Below, one piece after another: positions 49,634 through 62,559 of a stretch of DNA of 64,000 bases (the stretch's first letter is position 1; every line of letters begins with the position of its first letter). The stretch lies in NCBI GenBank assembly GCA_973851085.1, contig OZ316775.1, positions 6,572,001 through 6,636,000 on the forward strand, written 5' to 3'. The notes beneath the pieces are model-generated. The model was given only the letters and a program-made list of their open reading frames with translations, was not told the origin of the DNA and ran no database searches. Source of the DNA: Ptychomitrium polyphyllum (taxonomy: Eukaryota). The position numbers and the translations under genes are program-made.

Positions 49634-52600
49634 TTAATGAGTCGTGGAAGGAGCTTCAGTTGTTTCCGTTAGTGGTGCTTCACTCGTAGATTTTTTGGTG
49701 CTCTTTGTTCGGGGTATGTCGTTAGTTGAGGTCTTCTCTGCTCTGCCACGGCCTTTCCGAGGAGCTGGTGCTTTCACAATTTTGGCTCCTGACTGGTGGA
49801 GGCGAGGTGCCAGGAGCCTTGATTGCCGTGTTGCAACATCAAATGCGCGCAGGCAAACATAACCTGTGTAGTCAGAAAACTCAAGATTGTGGTGTAAGCC
49901 ACTGCAAATCTATCATATACATATGCAAGCTGCTATTAGAATATCTGTAATAGAGACTATACAAAATGAAAGTCCTACTAATCCTTCTTTAAATTTTATA
50001 TAATATCGCCTACAATATAAAACTTGGCACCAACTAGCATACTTTGCAACTCTGCGTTCTAAATCGGATAACAAGAGCAGATCGAATTGAAGAAACAAGT
50101 GCAATCACAGTTTGATTAAGATTTCTTACCTTTCTGGAAACAGCACTGTATTTCTTCCTGTGACATATCTGTTCCATTTAAACAATTCACACTCTTGAAA
50201 TCTACACTGGGAATTGAAGCACCGGATTTCATCTCAGACCAACAATCCAGTCGAACTCCTGTGAAAAGAAATTCCCGACAGGCTATATAACGCGAGTAAA
50301 TCCAACACTTGGAGCAAAGGGACAAGAAGACTCCAGAATTTAAGGATTGAAATATACCTTTGAAGAGATTACTCACACCCGTGCTAAAATACACAAAGCG
50401 ACGCCGGAGGGACCAAAGTAATGTTCTTGGAACATCAATTGGCTGGACACTGCTGGCATGGTCTGCAAATACCTGCCAAATGATTGATGCGGGTGATCTG
50501 CGTTCAGTGAGTGTATATGCACTAAAATATCTTATTAATGCAGCATGTTACCCACATTTGTAAAGAGGTGAATATTTTCCACCAGTATCACCTACTATCA
50601 ATCCAGTCTGTCACAAAGTATAAATCGAAGGAGAAGTATGATGTGTTTCCGCAAGGCTTTTTGAAAGGTACCTCATTCACTTGAAAGTATGTTCCGTTCA
50701 ATGGGAAATACCCTTTCATAGCGGTCTTGCACGGTATCTGAAAGAAGCAGAACATAAATGGAAGTAATCTGTTAAAAAAGTAATACTTCACTACTTAAAT
50801 GAAAACTTGAGGAGTAATCAGTGGTCACATTGGTAGATCACAAGGTAAGCACTGAAGAGCCTTAGGGGTGTCGGAGCTTTACGAGAAGTGTTCCTCGAAC
50901 AGTCTGCTCAAGGTCGTTGTCTTGACAAGAAGCAAATGGATTACTGGCATCGTCGTCATCGATCTTGGGCAAAGTTGCTGGGACTTCGTCTGCAAACGCC
51001 ACGAATAATCAAATATAAATTTCCTATGTGAGAACGCAAGCCTGAACTCAGAAATATTCGGTGTTGAATTCTAAGGTCTGAAATAGATTTTAGTAATTTC
51101 AGGGTCTGAAATTTGAATTTGAAGTCGCGTACCAGGGCTCCAAATGGCCAGGAGGTAGAAACATGGATCGTTAACTTCTCGTTTATCCATCTGATTCATC
51201 CCCACACACATACCCATCCAGGCCGTAAACAAGTCTGGGTAGTGATAAGTAGACGCCACAACTTGATACTTTAATTTACACAACGGTCTAGTGGTAATGC
51301 AAAGTTAACCTAAAGGTATAAGTGCTTACCTCGAAAAGAAGAGGGTGGTTGTCTGGCAATTCATACCTGCAACATTCATGTACGGCACCAGATACGTGTG
51401 AATTTGCAAAGCTGAAAGGAATCCTGGCTTAACATCCAGGATGTGATTTTGCGCAGTTCCAAATTCTCTTTTACAGACAGAAAAACACCATGGAAATAGC
51501 ATGAATCACAAGACCTGGGACTTTTGCACTTACACAAAGTGCACAGTTCGCAACCTCTGTACATTCTTCAACCTGGGTGCAGGTGCCAAGGAAGCATGAG
51601 GTGGTAATAAGATAAGCTCTTGTGAAGGGAGATAATTTATATGTTCACCATTTACACCTTGTGAGGCAGGCTCTTCCTCGCCATCCGTTACGTGAGTCCC
51701 CTCAAGAGTCACCTTATCACAATTCTCCACGGTGCGCACCTTGTTCATATTCATTTCTAAAACTTGGGGTTGCAGCATCTCTGTATCAGCTGGAGGCAAC
51801 ACAACTATATCTGGTTCTGGTTCATAGTTCAAGTCCAATAAAGTCTGTTTGAAATCTAGAATAGAACAGAGCTCTCTTGTGACTTCTGAAAACCCTGAAG
51901 ACGAACTACCACTGTCGGTCTCAACAAGGCGACGTCTTGTGTCAAACTCTACGTTAGAAGGAAGTTCTTCTATATCCGGGATACTGTCTGGGTTGAGCTC
52001 TGGTGACCGAGGTTCTTCAATAATTGGTATGCAAGGTTCTATAATAATCGGTATGCAAGGTCCTTGAGTTAGTATGCTGAATTGTGTTGGTTCTGTCTGT
52101 GCAGATGGGTAAGTACTAGTACTTCCCTGCAGTGCAAGCATCCGAGACTGCTTCTCTTGCTTTTCAGGCCATTTGAGGAGTAATTTAGCACTGCCACAGA
52201 TTAAGGACATAAGCAGCGATTAGATAAAGTAATCAAATCGAAAACGCCTTCTACTTTGCAAAATGATGATTCACTGGCAAATGGTGTTATATAATGCAGA
52301 TTCAGCTTTCCTGACCATTGGATGGACTTGCCCTTGCTTACCTTGCATATGAACTTGCGTAGTGTTTGCATTCGCTGCGCAAGGGACAGGCGTTGCAATT
52401 GGGCTTACTTTTGGTGCAAAATACCTGTTAGCATACAACAAGCATCCTATTACACAAGTTAGTGTTTTCTCAAGTTGTTCACGCAACATGCCCACTTGTG
52501 ACACAATGCATCTGTCAAGAGCAGTAACTACGAGTCGGTGGACGAAAGGATTTGTTTTACCTTTCCGAAGGTGATCATTTGGTAGTGAAGCTCATATCTA

Positions 52601-55600
52601 CACCACATGCCAGTTAGTGAATACAGATTAGGAACACTATGTATTACATAATATTCCGAAATCGATTGTCCTCTATCTACTCTAGGTGATATGTAATATA
52701 TCTTGAGTGCTTACAGAGTCTCCTGATCCAGAGTGCACAGTCGCGGCCATATGTATTGCTGTATTTGTGATTGAATGGGATACCTGAAGACACACAAAGA
52801 TGCTATAAGGTTCTTAACATACTCCAGTAACTATTTAGTTCATGTCTTATATCTGATTGCGTAACTGTGGTATGATAGAATAATCCTATCTTCTCTTCAC
52901 AAGATTCAAAAGAGATTTAATACAAGAGTGCAAGCTCATTTGCTTACAGTTCCAGTAAGTGCAGCTGTGTTTCTTCAGGCAGGGGCTCCAGTGGAACCCA
53001 ACCCAAGCGCACCAATATCCGCCCCACATTCGTATCAACCTGTGCACACAGGTTTACAAAGCTCTAATCAATGACAGTACCCCACAAAAATCACAACCAA
53101 ACTTAAGCAATTCCCAGCAGTTCCAAATCATGGCAAATCGAAACCAAACCAATTCTAAACAAATCTTACAGGAAAGGAAGGGTGATGGAGTGTGAGTAGG
53201 CGAATGCACTCAACGCTCTTAAGTCCCACGCCACGAAAGCTCATCAAAAATGCTCTGTAAACACAAACACACGCAGAAAATTAAAACACCCAAATTCAGA
53301 CACTTCCACCAAGTTCAGTCACAACAGAAATGGAAAGGGGTTTAGTATTTTAAAATCGCTCACTTGGCATCCTCGGGTGGGAGTTTCCGGATCCACTCGA
53401 GGTCGATGCTTCCATTCTGATCACGGTGCACGCGATCCAAGAACGCCTTCATCCTCCCTGCAAGTGCATGGTGTTGGCCCCGGGTCTTGATCACATCGGC
53501 TACTTCATGAACCGATGCTTTCTGTACCGCCGACCAGTCCACACTATCTTCCGTCAGCGGGTCTCGGCAGTAGCAATCGTCCGCCAAAATGGCAGCCCTC
53601 AGAGGCTCCCATTTCGCCTTCTGACATTTCATCACAAAGCCTGCCTCCCAGCTCGCCCTTGCCTCCCCAGAGAGCAACCGGAACGACACATTGTGTCGGT
53701 ATCTGTAGTTGTCACTGCTGTTCCGCAACGCTGTCCTTCCAGGTCGGAGCTTGACACTCTTCAGTGCCTTGGAACTCTTCTTGCTGAGCCCAGTTTCTCG
53801 TGTGGTGTGCTTCTTCCCCAGCACCTGACGTAATGTGGCTGCGAGAACCTTTTCTCTTCCCACCTCTGTTAAGTTCGTCACACTCTCAGTGACAACACTA
53901 GCAAATTTCTCCTCAATGACTGTGGACGCCAATTTCTCCTCCCATGATGATGCAGAGCCATGCGGATCAAGCTCGTCCTCACCATCAGACTCCTCAACTA
54001 GCAACAGCATCTCTCCTACCCCAGATAATTCGTTCACGCAATCCAGTGGCAACATATCCTGCACCTCCACGGATTCATTGGTTGCCTGGATTAGTGGCTC
54101 ATCTTCTACGCTTTCGGAAGACAGAATTTTCTCCGAGTAATTCATTGGCATCGCTAATACTTTCTTTGTAATACTAGTTGCAGGGTTAGGATGCAGCTCT
54201 TCTTTTCGAAATGAGGTTACAGCTTCATCTTCCATGGCGCCCAACTGTGATTGTATTGTGCATCCATTTGTTATGGTGTTTTCGGGTGCCTGCCCATCCT
54301 CGATAGATTTCTTAGTCTGCTTCTTCTCGACCTGTTCTCCCTTCCAAGTAATTGCATGCACTGGCCTGGTGAGCAGATCAGTTTCTTCGTGATTAAGTAC
54401 AGTGGCTGGAATCTTCACTAAGTCATGGTTGGAGGCATCCTTTAGCTCAATTTGACACTCGTTCAATGCTGTTCTCAGTATTTTCAGAACGTCAATTTGA
54501 GATTGTTTTACACATATATCCTTCTCGTTTTCATTCGTGGATGCGGCCATCTTCTCCGATGCTACTTTCTGCCTTTTATCGTCTTCCATTTTCTGCTTCT
54601 TGAGTTCAACTATTGTTGGTCTTTCGGGGCACGAAATGGTTGCAGATTCTTTCTCCACTGGTACAGGTTGATCCTTTGCAGGAGATGTGACAATTGTCTC
54701 CATGCCTTCTTGTGGAGCATTACTTCTTCGCATTGGGAATCTTGCGCGTAAGGATATGAAAGCATTGCTGCACAACAAAACACGACAATTTAATTTACAG
54801 GATCCATTTATGCTTAGAAATGATTTCAAGTCCCAATGATCAACCTGTGTCATATTTTACACGTGCAGCTCTAGCATAACCCGCTCCATGTACCTGGACA
54901 AAAAGTCTGAAACGTTCTGGGTAAGGAATGCTCCACCCACAGAATCAACCACCGAGCCCTTCCACCTCGAGAAAGCTCGACTTCCTGCAATTCCGCTTGA
55001 GACCCAGGTCAGTGACTAACTTTGCCAAAACCATGAGAAGTAGTCTGGACCACAACATCAAAGGTGCAAGACAATCTTATATCTGAAAATGGATAACACG
55101 ACAAGGCCATGATTAATCTGACCTTGAATTTCACGCATAATGGTAATGAAGTGGTGAGCACGGTGTTGCCACTGCTGTCTGGCTTGCTCCCAGGTATCGT
55201 TCTCCTGCTCTGCACTAGACTCATCTTTGGCCGTGCCTTTGATCATCAGCAACTTGAACATCCTCATTGTGCTAAAGTCCAAGTTCACTTTGGGCTTGTA
55301 CTTGATCCTCCGACTTCCCGGGGTTTTTTTGTGCACCACCATTTTCTTGGACCCGTCATCGTATGCCACCATTTGAAGCTCTTTCTCTCGGCTCCTCTTG
55401 CTTGGATCCTCCACAGCCTGCTCTACTACAAACTGGCAATTAAGCTGGTTCATGTGGCATTTGTGAAGCCATGGTTCAACTTGTATGTCATTCACTTGAC
55501 GAGTACCGAACGTGAGAGTTCGTCGCACGGACATTGCAGGGGTTGAAACATTTGATTCAAGCTCAAAACTGTCCCACAAATCAGCTGCATCGGAAGCCAC

Positions 55601-57618
55601 AGCTCCCTGTGGTGATGGTGGAGATGATGGCGGCATCACAAGAGTAAAATCTCGGCACGTTGGCAGAAATGGATCAACAGTAGGAATCCCACATGGTGTG
55701 GAAGGGGGATCCCCCACCGACGAATGATTTATTATTTCTTCCGCAAACGGGGGTGAACTTAAACATGTCTTTCTCAAATTTCCATTAACATGCACTTGTG
55801 CCCCGATGCTACTGCTCTCTTGGTTGAACTCCGGCAGGCCTACCCAATTCGACAAATAGGTGAACAAACTGCCATTGGAGCTGCTATCACGATCTGCAGA
55901 AGATGGATTTTGAGTCGGCAATCGTGTAGTCTCGGCAAGCTTGATTAAATGATCGGCAAATATAGACTCCTTGAGAAATCTCGAAAAGTCGTCACTGTGA
56001 CCTGGGTCCTTTACAATTGGTGGCTCGCACTGTTCACAACCAGGGGGGTTCTCTGCAATTGGGGAATCCTTTGGGATTGCAGCGCTAAGTTTGCGGCTTC
56101 TCTTCCGCCGTTTTGGGTACAGCTGGTTGATTCTAGCGAATGATTTTATCTGCAGCAGGCTTGGACTAGACATTACTTCCGGAATCTCTGCAATAGGTAA
56201 AGTAGCATTGGCAGGAGTACCACTCTCTTTGCCAGTACTATTTCTTGGTTTCTTTGCACGGCTAGCTCTTGGATTCTCGGCTCTAATCTTGGGCATGTAT
56301 TTCCTCTTCCGCTTCGTAATCGCCTTCTCTATCGCATTTGGAACTTTATTACGTCCTTCCTGAGTCACTTGCTCCTTCTGAGGCTGCATTGTAACGTGGA
56401 ATTACAAGAACACCATTTACAACATTCAATATACTTCAACTTATCTTCTTTAGAAGCAGTAAATTATAAGCAGGCCATTCATCTTAAAAAAGAGCAGCAT
56501 TGTAGGGTAAAGGAACTTACTTGGACAATATCTGCACCGTCTTTCGTCTTTGGCATATGCTGTTCATTCGGCGAGGGATATGTACAATGCGTCTCCTCGT
56601 CTCTCGACAGCTCTCCTGCAAAGGATTGAGCATCTCAGCCGCCAGAGCATAAAACAAGTTTCAAATACAAAAAATGTTGAACTCGTCAATCTGATGAATA
56701 TCATCCTTTCCATCATGCACTTGCAAGTTTCTGGCATGAAAGAGTGTCCACAAACAAAAACCAGATCATTGCTGGTGCTCAAAAGATTACCTTGCTGAGT
56801 TTGATCCTTCCCAGCTGGTGACGGATTCATACCCTGTACATCAGGAGACTCTGGCGAGGAGGAAGTATGGTCGGCTAATGGCGACCTTCCCCGATACATG
56901 ATTTCTGGGGTCAATGGAATATCTATTTCTCCGCCTGTTGCAGCAGCTTGTAAATTTGCAACTTCAACTGAACATCCTGCTTCCAAACTCTTGTCCGGTG
57001 TAGAACTGCCCTTCTCACCTGCTTGTCCAAATATACCAAGTCGTGCTCCTGCAAGACAGTACTTTATGTGAGCCTCACTAAAAACAATCAAACTAGAAAA
57101 CTTGCGGTTGCCAGCATATAATTCTTAGCATCTAATTGAGAGCACGAACCTTCAACCAAGAGGTCTTGTATGTCTTTTGATGACACAATTTGTACTTCAT
57201 AAGATGAGAAATCCAACAGAGAATCACAAGCCGGTTCTGTCTTTCTTTTCCTCGACTCCTGTCTTGAGAGGATCCATGATAGGTCTCTGACTTTAAACCT
57301 TGCAGAGTCTTCCTCAATTTCCCCCATGCTTCGATTGTTCGTATGATTGAGCAGTGACACAGCGCGTGCAGTTTCTGGTTCATTAAGAACTCCTTTCCTT
57401 TTGAGAGACTCCCCAAGGCGATGAACGGGGTATGAAGTAGGTAAGTTTCTGACTACATCTTGACCTGCAGTAGGCTGCAACATGGCATCGGCAAACAGGC
57501 TCTTCGCTTCTTCTAATGTGTGCGAGACTTGCTGTATCGGTGCAGCAGCATTGCATCCGAGCATGTGTTGGCGAAGGCATGCTGCTTCCAGCTGCCTCGT
57601 CCGCTGTCGGGTCCGCAT
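49634..57618 (-). CDS. ROS1: DEMETER/ROS1-family bifunctional 5-methylcytosine DNA glycosylase/lyase, about 1750 aa
   Basis: 19 phase-consistent GT-AG exons: 57618-57150, 57048-56791, 56615-56521, 56383-55123, 54984-54894, 54767-53364, 53254-53170, 53039-52948, 52783-52715, 52597-52561, 52424-52342, 52190-51534, 51366-51330, 51190-51133, 50989-50883, 50737-50672, 50472-50358, 50168-50130, 49863-49634 (5253 nt). Domain A (WKGSVVDSVGGAFLTQNVSDFLSS), HhH GVGLKSVECIRLL, FPVDTNVGR, [4Fe-4S] CTKSKPNCNACPLRSEC, RRM_DME (FPLNGTYFQVNEVFADH). The first three exons are less certain, and the symbol denotes the family rather than orthology. Confidence 0.95.
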
Positions 57619-60600
57619 TAAATATGGATTTGATCACCACTAAGCAGGAACCGTACCCCTGTTCAACTGCTTCTACTTAGGTTGTGACTTCTTTCTGGTG
57701 AAGTTTTATTTAATGTCCGTCGCTCAATTCCCAGTCTCCAAAACGAAGAAACTATGAACTTGCGATCATCTTCTTGAATGCTACAAATAGGATATAAATC
57801 CGTGGACAAATCGGTGGATATATCGGTGGCTATTTGGCACCACCACTTGCCGTGCCTTCTAACTTAGCACATATTACAGAACAACAATTTAAGCTTTCGC
57901 TGCTACATTACAAAACATTCTCCGAAATAAACAGATTAGGCTCCTAACGACTACTGAAAATTCGAGGAGCATCCAACACAGACGACTCAACCCGAGTGAT
58001 TCTCAACAAACTCGGCACAAGTGAACATGGACAGAATGAAAGGAGAACAGGGCACAGCAAGCAGCACTAGTCGTGATGGAGCCTAGTAGTGCGTGGCATG
58101 CATAAGAATGGGATTGCTTTCCAGTTGTCATTGAGTGAAAATATGGACATGGATCCCATCAGAAGCCCACTCGCTGCACTCCGAGGCTACTTGCATTGTG
58201 CCAGTCTATTCTTTCTCATGACATTCGAGATGGTATCTCATCCTGGGCTACGCTAGTTTGTTACTCTCTCAAGCAAATACTGTACTGTTTTTCAACATGA
58301 TTCTGAACCCAATTGCATTAAGGAGTGTTAAAGTGTATAGGAAATGAGTAACAAAGTTTTGATACGTAACTCTACACTCCTAGCACAGTTAAATATGTTT
58401 TCTTTGTGTTCCCTGTTGCAGTTTTTGTCACAATGCCATATTCAGTTTTTGAATCAACTGTGTCACATTTTACTTGGCCACTTTATGATTCCTCTTATAG
58501 AGAAGAGAAGGATTTAACTGGATTGAAGGTCAATAACTGTATATTTCCCAGGAAACATGTACATACCAAGCAAGACTTCATGTGCCTCAATATTTGGTCG
58601 AAATTTTTTCCTACATTCTGAACATGCGCCATTGGTAAGCACTAATCACTTCTGAAGTTAATAACAAATGCAATGGATGTCATAGTAATCCATTTGTCAT
58701 ACATTTATGAAGTATATGCTTGCTTGGCCAATCAATGTTTACAGACTAATATAAATAAGTAACATTATGAATACTATAGGATTAAGAATGTTACTGAGGA
58801 GACAAGTGGGCAAAATGATAATTTTCCAACTCATAGGATGGGTTGTTATGACATTTTCTATTTTCTCAATTACATATGATTTAACTCAAATCAATTTGAT
58901 ACCTCTAATTATGAGTATCACCAAAAAGAATTTGGTAATAGGCTTTGCATTAGCAACAAGAATTGTTGAAAATAGGCACCCTGCATTTTAACCCGTTAAG
59001 ACCCTTTTCAAGCTCAGTGTTGTAACTCCAGGGCAGCATGTCTATAATGAAGGATCCAGATTCCAGAAACAATGCTTCTGGTGTTTATGTCTACAGAATG
59101 CTCATACCTTTTTTTGTGGTACTTGTCATAATGCAATATACTTAACTCTCTGCACCAGGGAACTGAGTCCATTGACCTGTGACAAACTTGTTTCTTGATG
59201 CTCTAGTTGCTGTGGTTTGTATGGAAGTCACCAAATTTTTTGTGACCATCTTATCCAGCAATTGATGTGCTTGCTTGTGGCAAACCTATCCCCGCTGTCA
59301 CTCGAGCATCAAGGACCTATAATGATACTATAAGATATGGACTATTTACTCAATGTAAAGGGAATTGTAAGGAGTCTGGTGACTGTGTCCATCACTCTAT
59401 GTAACTTTGGTACTGCATCCAAAGATCGTATCAGAATTTAGCTCTCCCCTTCATCAGAGGAGCAGTTTTTATTTGATTTATTAGGTGCTATGAAAAATAC
59501 AATATATGTTTTGTCAAATTTATGAACACAGAACACAGTAGTATATAAAAGTTTCTCAAAGCCAAATTTGCAAATTGATTTTAGTTAAAAAGTGGCCTTA
59601 GAAAGATGCAGTCATAAATGTTAGCAATGCAAAATTTCAAAAAAATCACCATATTAAGAGTATTTCATTTCAAACCCATTCTAAATAATTTTTCAAGAAA
59701 TATGCTTATATTTTGGTTGCAAACAAATTTAGACAGAGTATTGAGAATCAAGTTCTAATGTTTATAATAAAATATTGATGAAGGCATTGGCAGTATACAA
59801 TATATCATATATAATATGCTATATAAGATATACTTTAAGATATGAAATTATTTTTTTGTATTAATTCCAAGATATTTCTCCAAGAAAGACTTTATAAAGG
59901 TTTTTTCCAAATGGATATATTCCTATAGATGTAAATTTACAATATGTATATAATTTAACATTCACTTTAATATAAATACCTTTTTCAAATGGAAATATTG
60001 TATTGATTATTTTAGTTCTTTGAAGTATTCATAAGTACATCTTCTATCAATGTACAAATATTGTGTATAGATATTGTACTAATATCATGATCTTATATAT
60101 GCACACAACGTTGTAAAAGTACCTATGCACAAATATGGTTTCTTATTGTTTTGGACAACATGAAGGAACACATGGATATTTTATTTTGCCCTTTATTTTT
60201 TGTCTTGATGTATAAAAGGAATATGTACATGAAATTTGGAATTTCATCAAGGTTGAATAAAAAAGAAAAAAGAGAATAGGAATCTAGAAGATATGGAATC
60301 CAATAGGCTTATAATGCTAATAACTTAGATTAATGGAAAATGTACAAATGTATCATTGTAATTAGTTACCATATGACTTTTGTTGTCAATCAATAGAAAA
60401 AACATACACAAATATCTTCATGATTGAAAGTAAATGAGGTCATAAATTTGTTTTTTACCATCAATGTTTGAACCTTAAGTTCCAAATTTAGCTAATATAA
60501 AAAAAACTAAACTAAAAGAAATTAAGATTTTACCAATACTACAAATGGTTATTATACATAAAATCAATATAAATGATACCAAAAAACATGACATGAGAAA

Positions 60601-62559
60601 AACATGCAAAAAAAGGTTTAGATTTGAGATAAAAGGATTTATTTCTATTTGATATTCAATAATTCTCTATAAAGGTACAACTAAGTAAACAAAGAAACAA
60701 AGAAAGAGCATTATGAAACCAAGAATGGTAACATCATCCAAAAAACCTGAATCCAAGACCACAAGGTTAACACCTTTCAACTCTCCACAAGAGCTGGGAC
60801 GGCCAATTTAGAAAAGCGGATCCTACAACCGCGATCCCACCTTCAAAACCCACACAAAGTATTATCCAGTAATTCTATTAATATAAATGTACTTATCCAA
60901 CTCTCTGTCGTTACAGTGTGCTAACACTGAATCTTTTAAACAAACTTGGGCCATCCTACCTACAACCGCTACTGTGTCTAGAATAACTATTGTCTCCCAG
61001 AAGCCTAGATTTGGGTTTCTGAAATCTGAAAGAATCAATGAGTACGGTTCTGAATACTGCAAAGTGACGGGTTTTGGTCTGCATCTCGTGCCCAGTAGAC
61101 CCAATCTCTCACCTGCAAACTCTCACCGACCTCCTTCAGCAAGCATGTCGATTTGCACCATGCCAAGAAAGGACTCACAGTTGCCCTACCTGCACACACA
61201 GATATACTGGCTGCGTTTATATATACGACTCTTTCTCTTGCCTATGCAACGCACGTCAACACGAAGCGTCCAATTCGAACACTTTTTGCTACATTTAATT
61301 TCAACTCCAGCAAACCTGGCATGTCAAACAGCACATCTCCCCTTAAACAATCCCCCAACAAACAACTGAACGCCAGCATTCATATACCATGCATTGTAAT
61401 CATGTACCATTTTACAAACACTAGAATATCCTGACTGCATAAACACTAGTAATAAGAGAAGCGAAAGAAAGGAACAGTACTGCTGGTCTACTTCTAGATC
61501 GTTGGAGAAACAAGAGTCCCTCTCCAAAGTTTAAGAAACCTGCAGTGGGGACCATGCCAATCAGCCCGCTTTGAAAAGCGCTGTTGCAAGCCACATAAAC
61601 GACCGTTCCAGTATTATTCCTTACGCTCCTGAACTGCAGTGCCACCAATTATATGAGCCAACAACTTCGTCACAAACACTGCACGCCATCCAATCCTGGA
61701 CAAAATCCTAAGAAACCATGCCCACTTCATAAGACAAGTCGACTTCAAGCACTTCTTTTGGTGCGGACGGGTGGGGGTGATAAACTCCGAACGGAACCGA
61801 ATCGAGTACCACCCCACCATCAATCCATTGATTTAAGATTTCGGTGTGAAAGCCATCGATCGTGCCCACCAATCAGGAACCAATCGAAGAGTTGTCTATC
61901 CCCAATACCGTCATTATACCCAAAGCTAACAGTATCCGCAAGAGCGTACACTCCTACGGATGTAGTCTACATATTTTCTGGATAGCAGACCGCATTTGCA
62001 TGGTGTGTCGGTTCTAAGAACTTTACAGAACGTGCCCACCAATTACGAATCACGTCAACATGATCCGCCCTATGAGTGCCGACGGATGAGGGGAACAGAG
62101 ACCTTGATTTCAGGGAACGTTCGAACAACGTATGAGATAAATGCATAAAACCGTCACTGCATTTAGAACCGCAACATCTAACCAGGTCGTACAATTCCTA
62201 AGAAAGTTAACGAAATCCTTTAGAAGTTGTAATTTAGTGGCTGGTGTTACTGTGCTGGGAACTGGGCATGTCTAGGGCTTTGGTAGATTCTTGGTAAGCA
62301 CATTACGTCCTCGTCCAAAATGTGTTGGTTTTTGAATACATTGACGGTTAAGATTGTGCACCAGCACTGTGCTCCGGGTGTTACCGTGGTACGGCGAGCG
62401 GGTATAGACGAGGTGGGAAGAAAAAGTGGGCGCAGTTGGCGATGGAGTCTTGGCGATGGTTTTGTTGCTGTTCGACTGTCGGAGCACAATTGTAGCGCAA
62501 GCGTTGGTTTAGCAATCCGAGGAGTGAAACCCTAGCGTGGTCACGAGGCCGCGGCAGCC

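Noticed and set aside
57049..57105. GC-AG first intron in the DML gene (ACC|GCAAGT)
   Set aside because: It gives the wrong phase and only 57 nt. The GT donor at 57149 gives a 101-nt, phase-correct intron.
21150..57618. Functional link between the palindrome-array element and the ROS1/DME gene
   Set aside because: They are more than 25 kb apart with an unrelated gene between, I noticed no copy of the palindrome at the DML locus, and neighbourhood rarely implies function in plant genomes.
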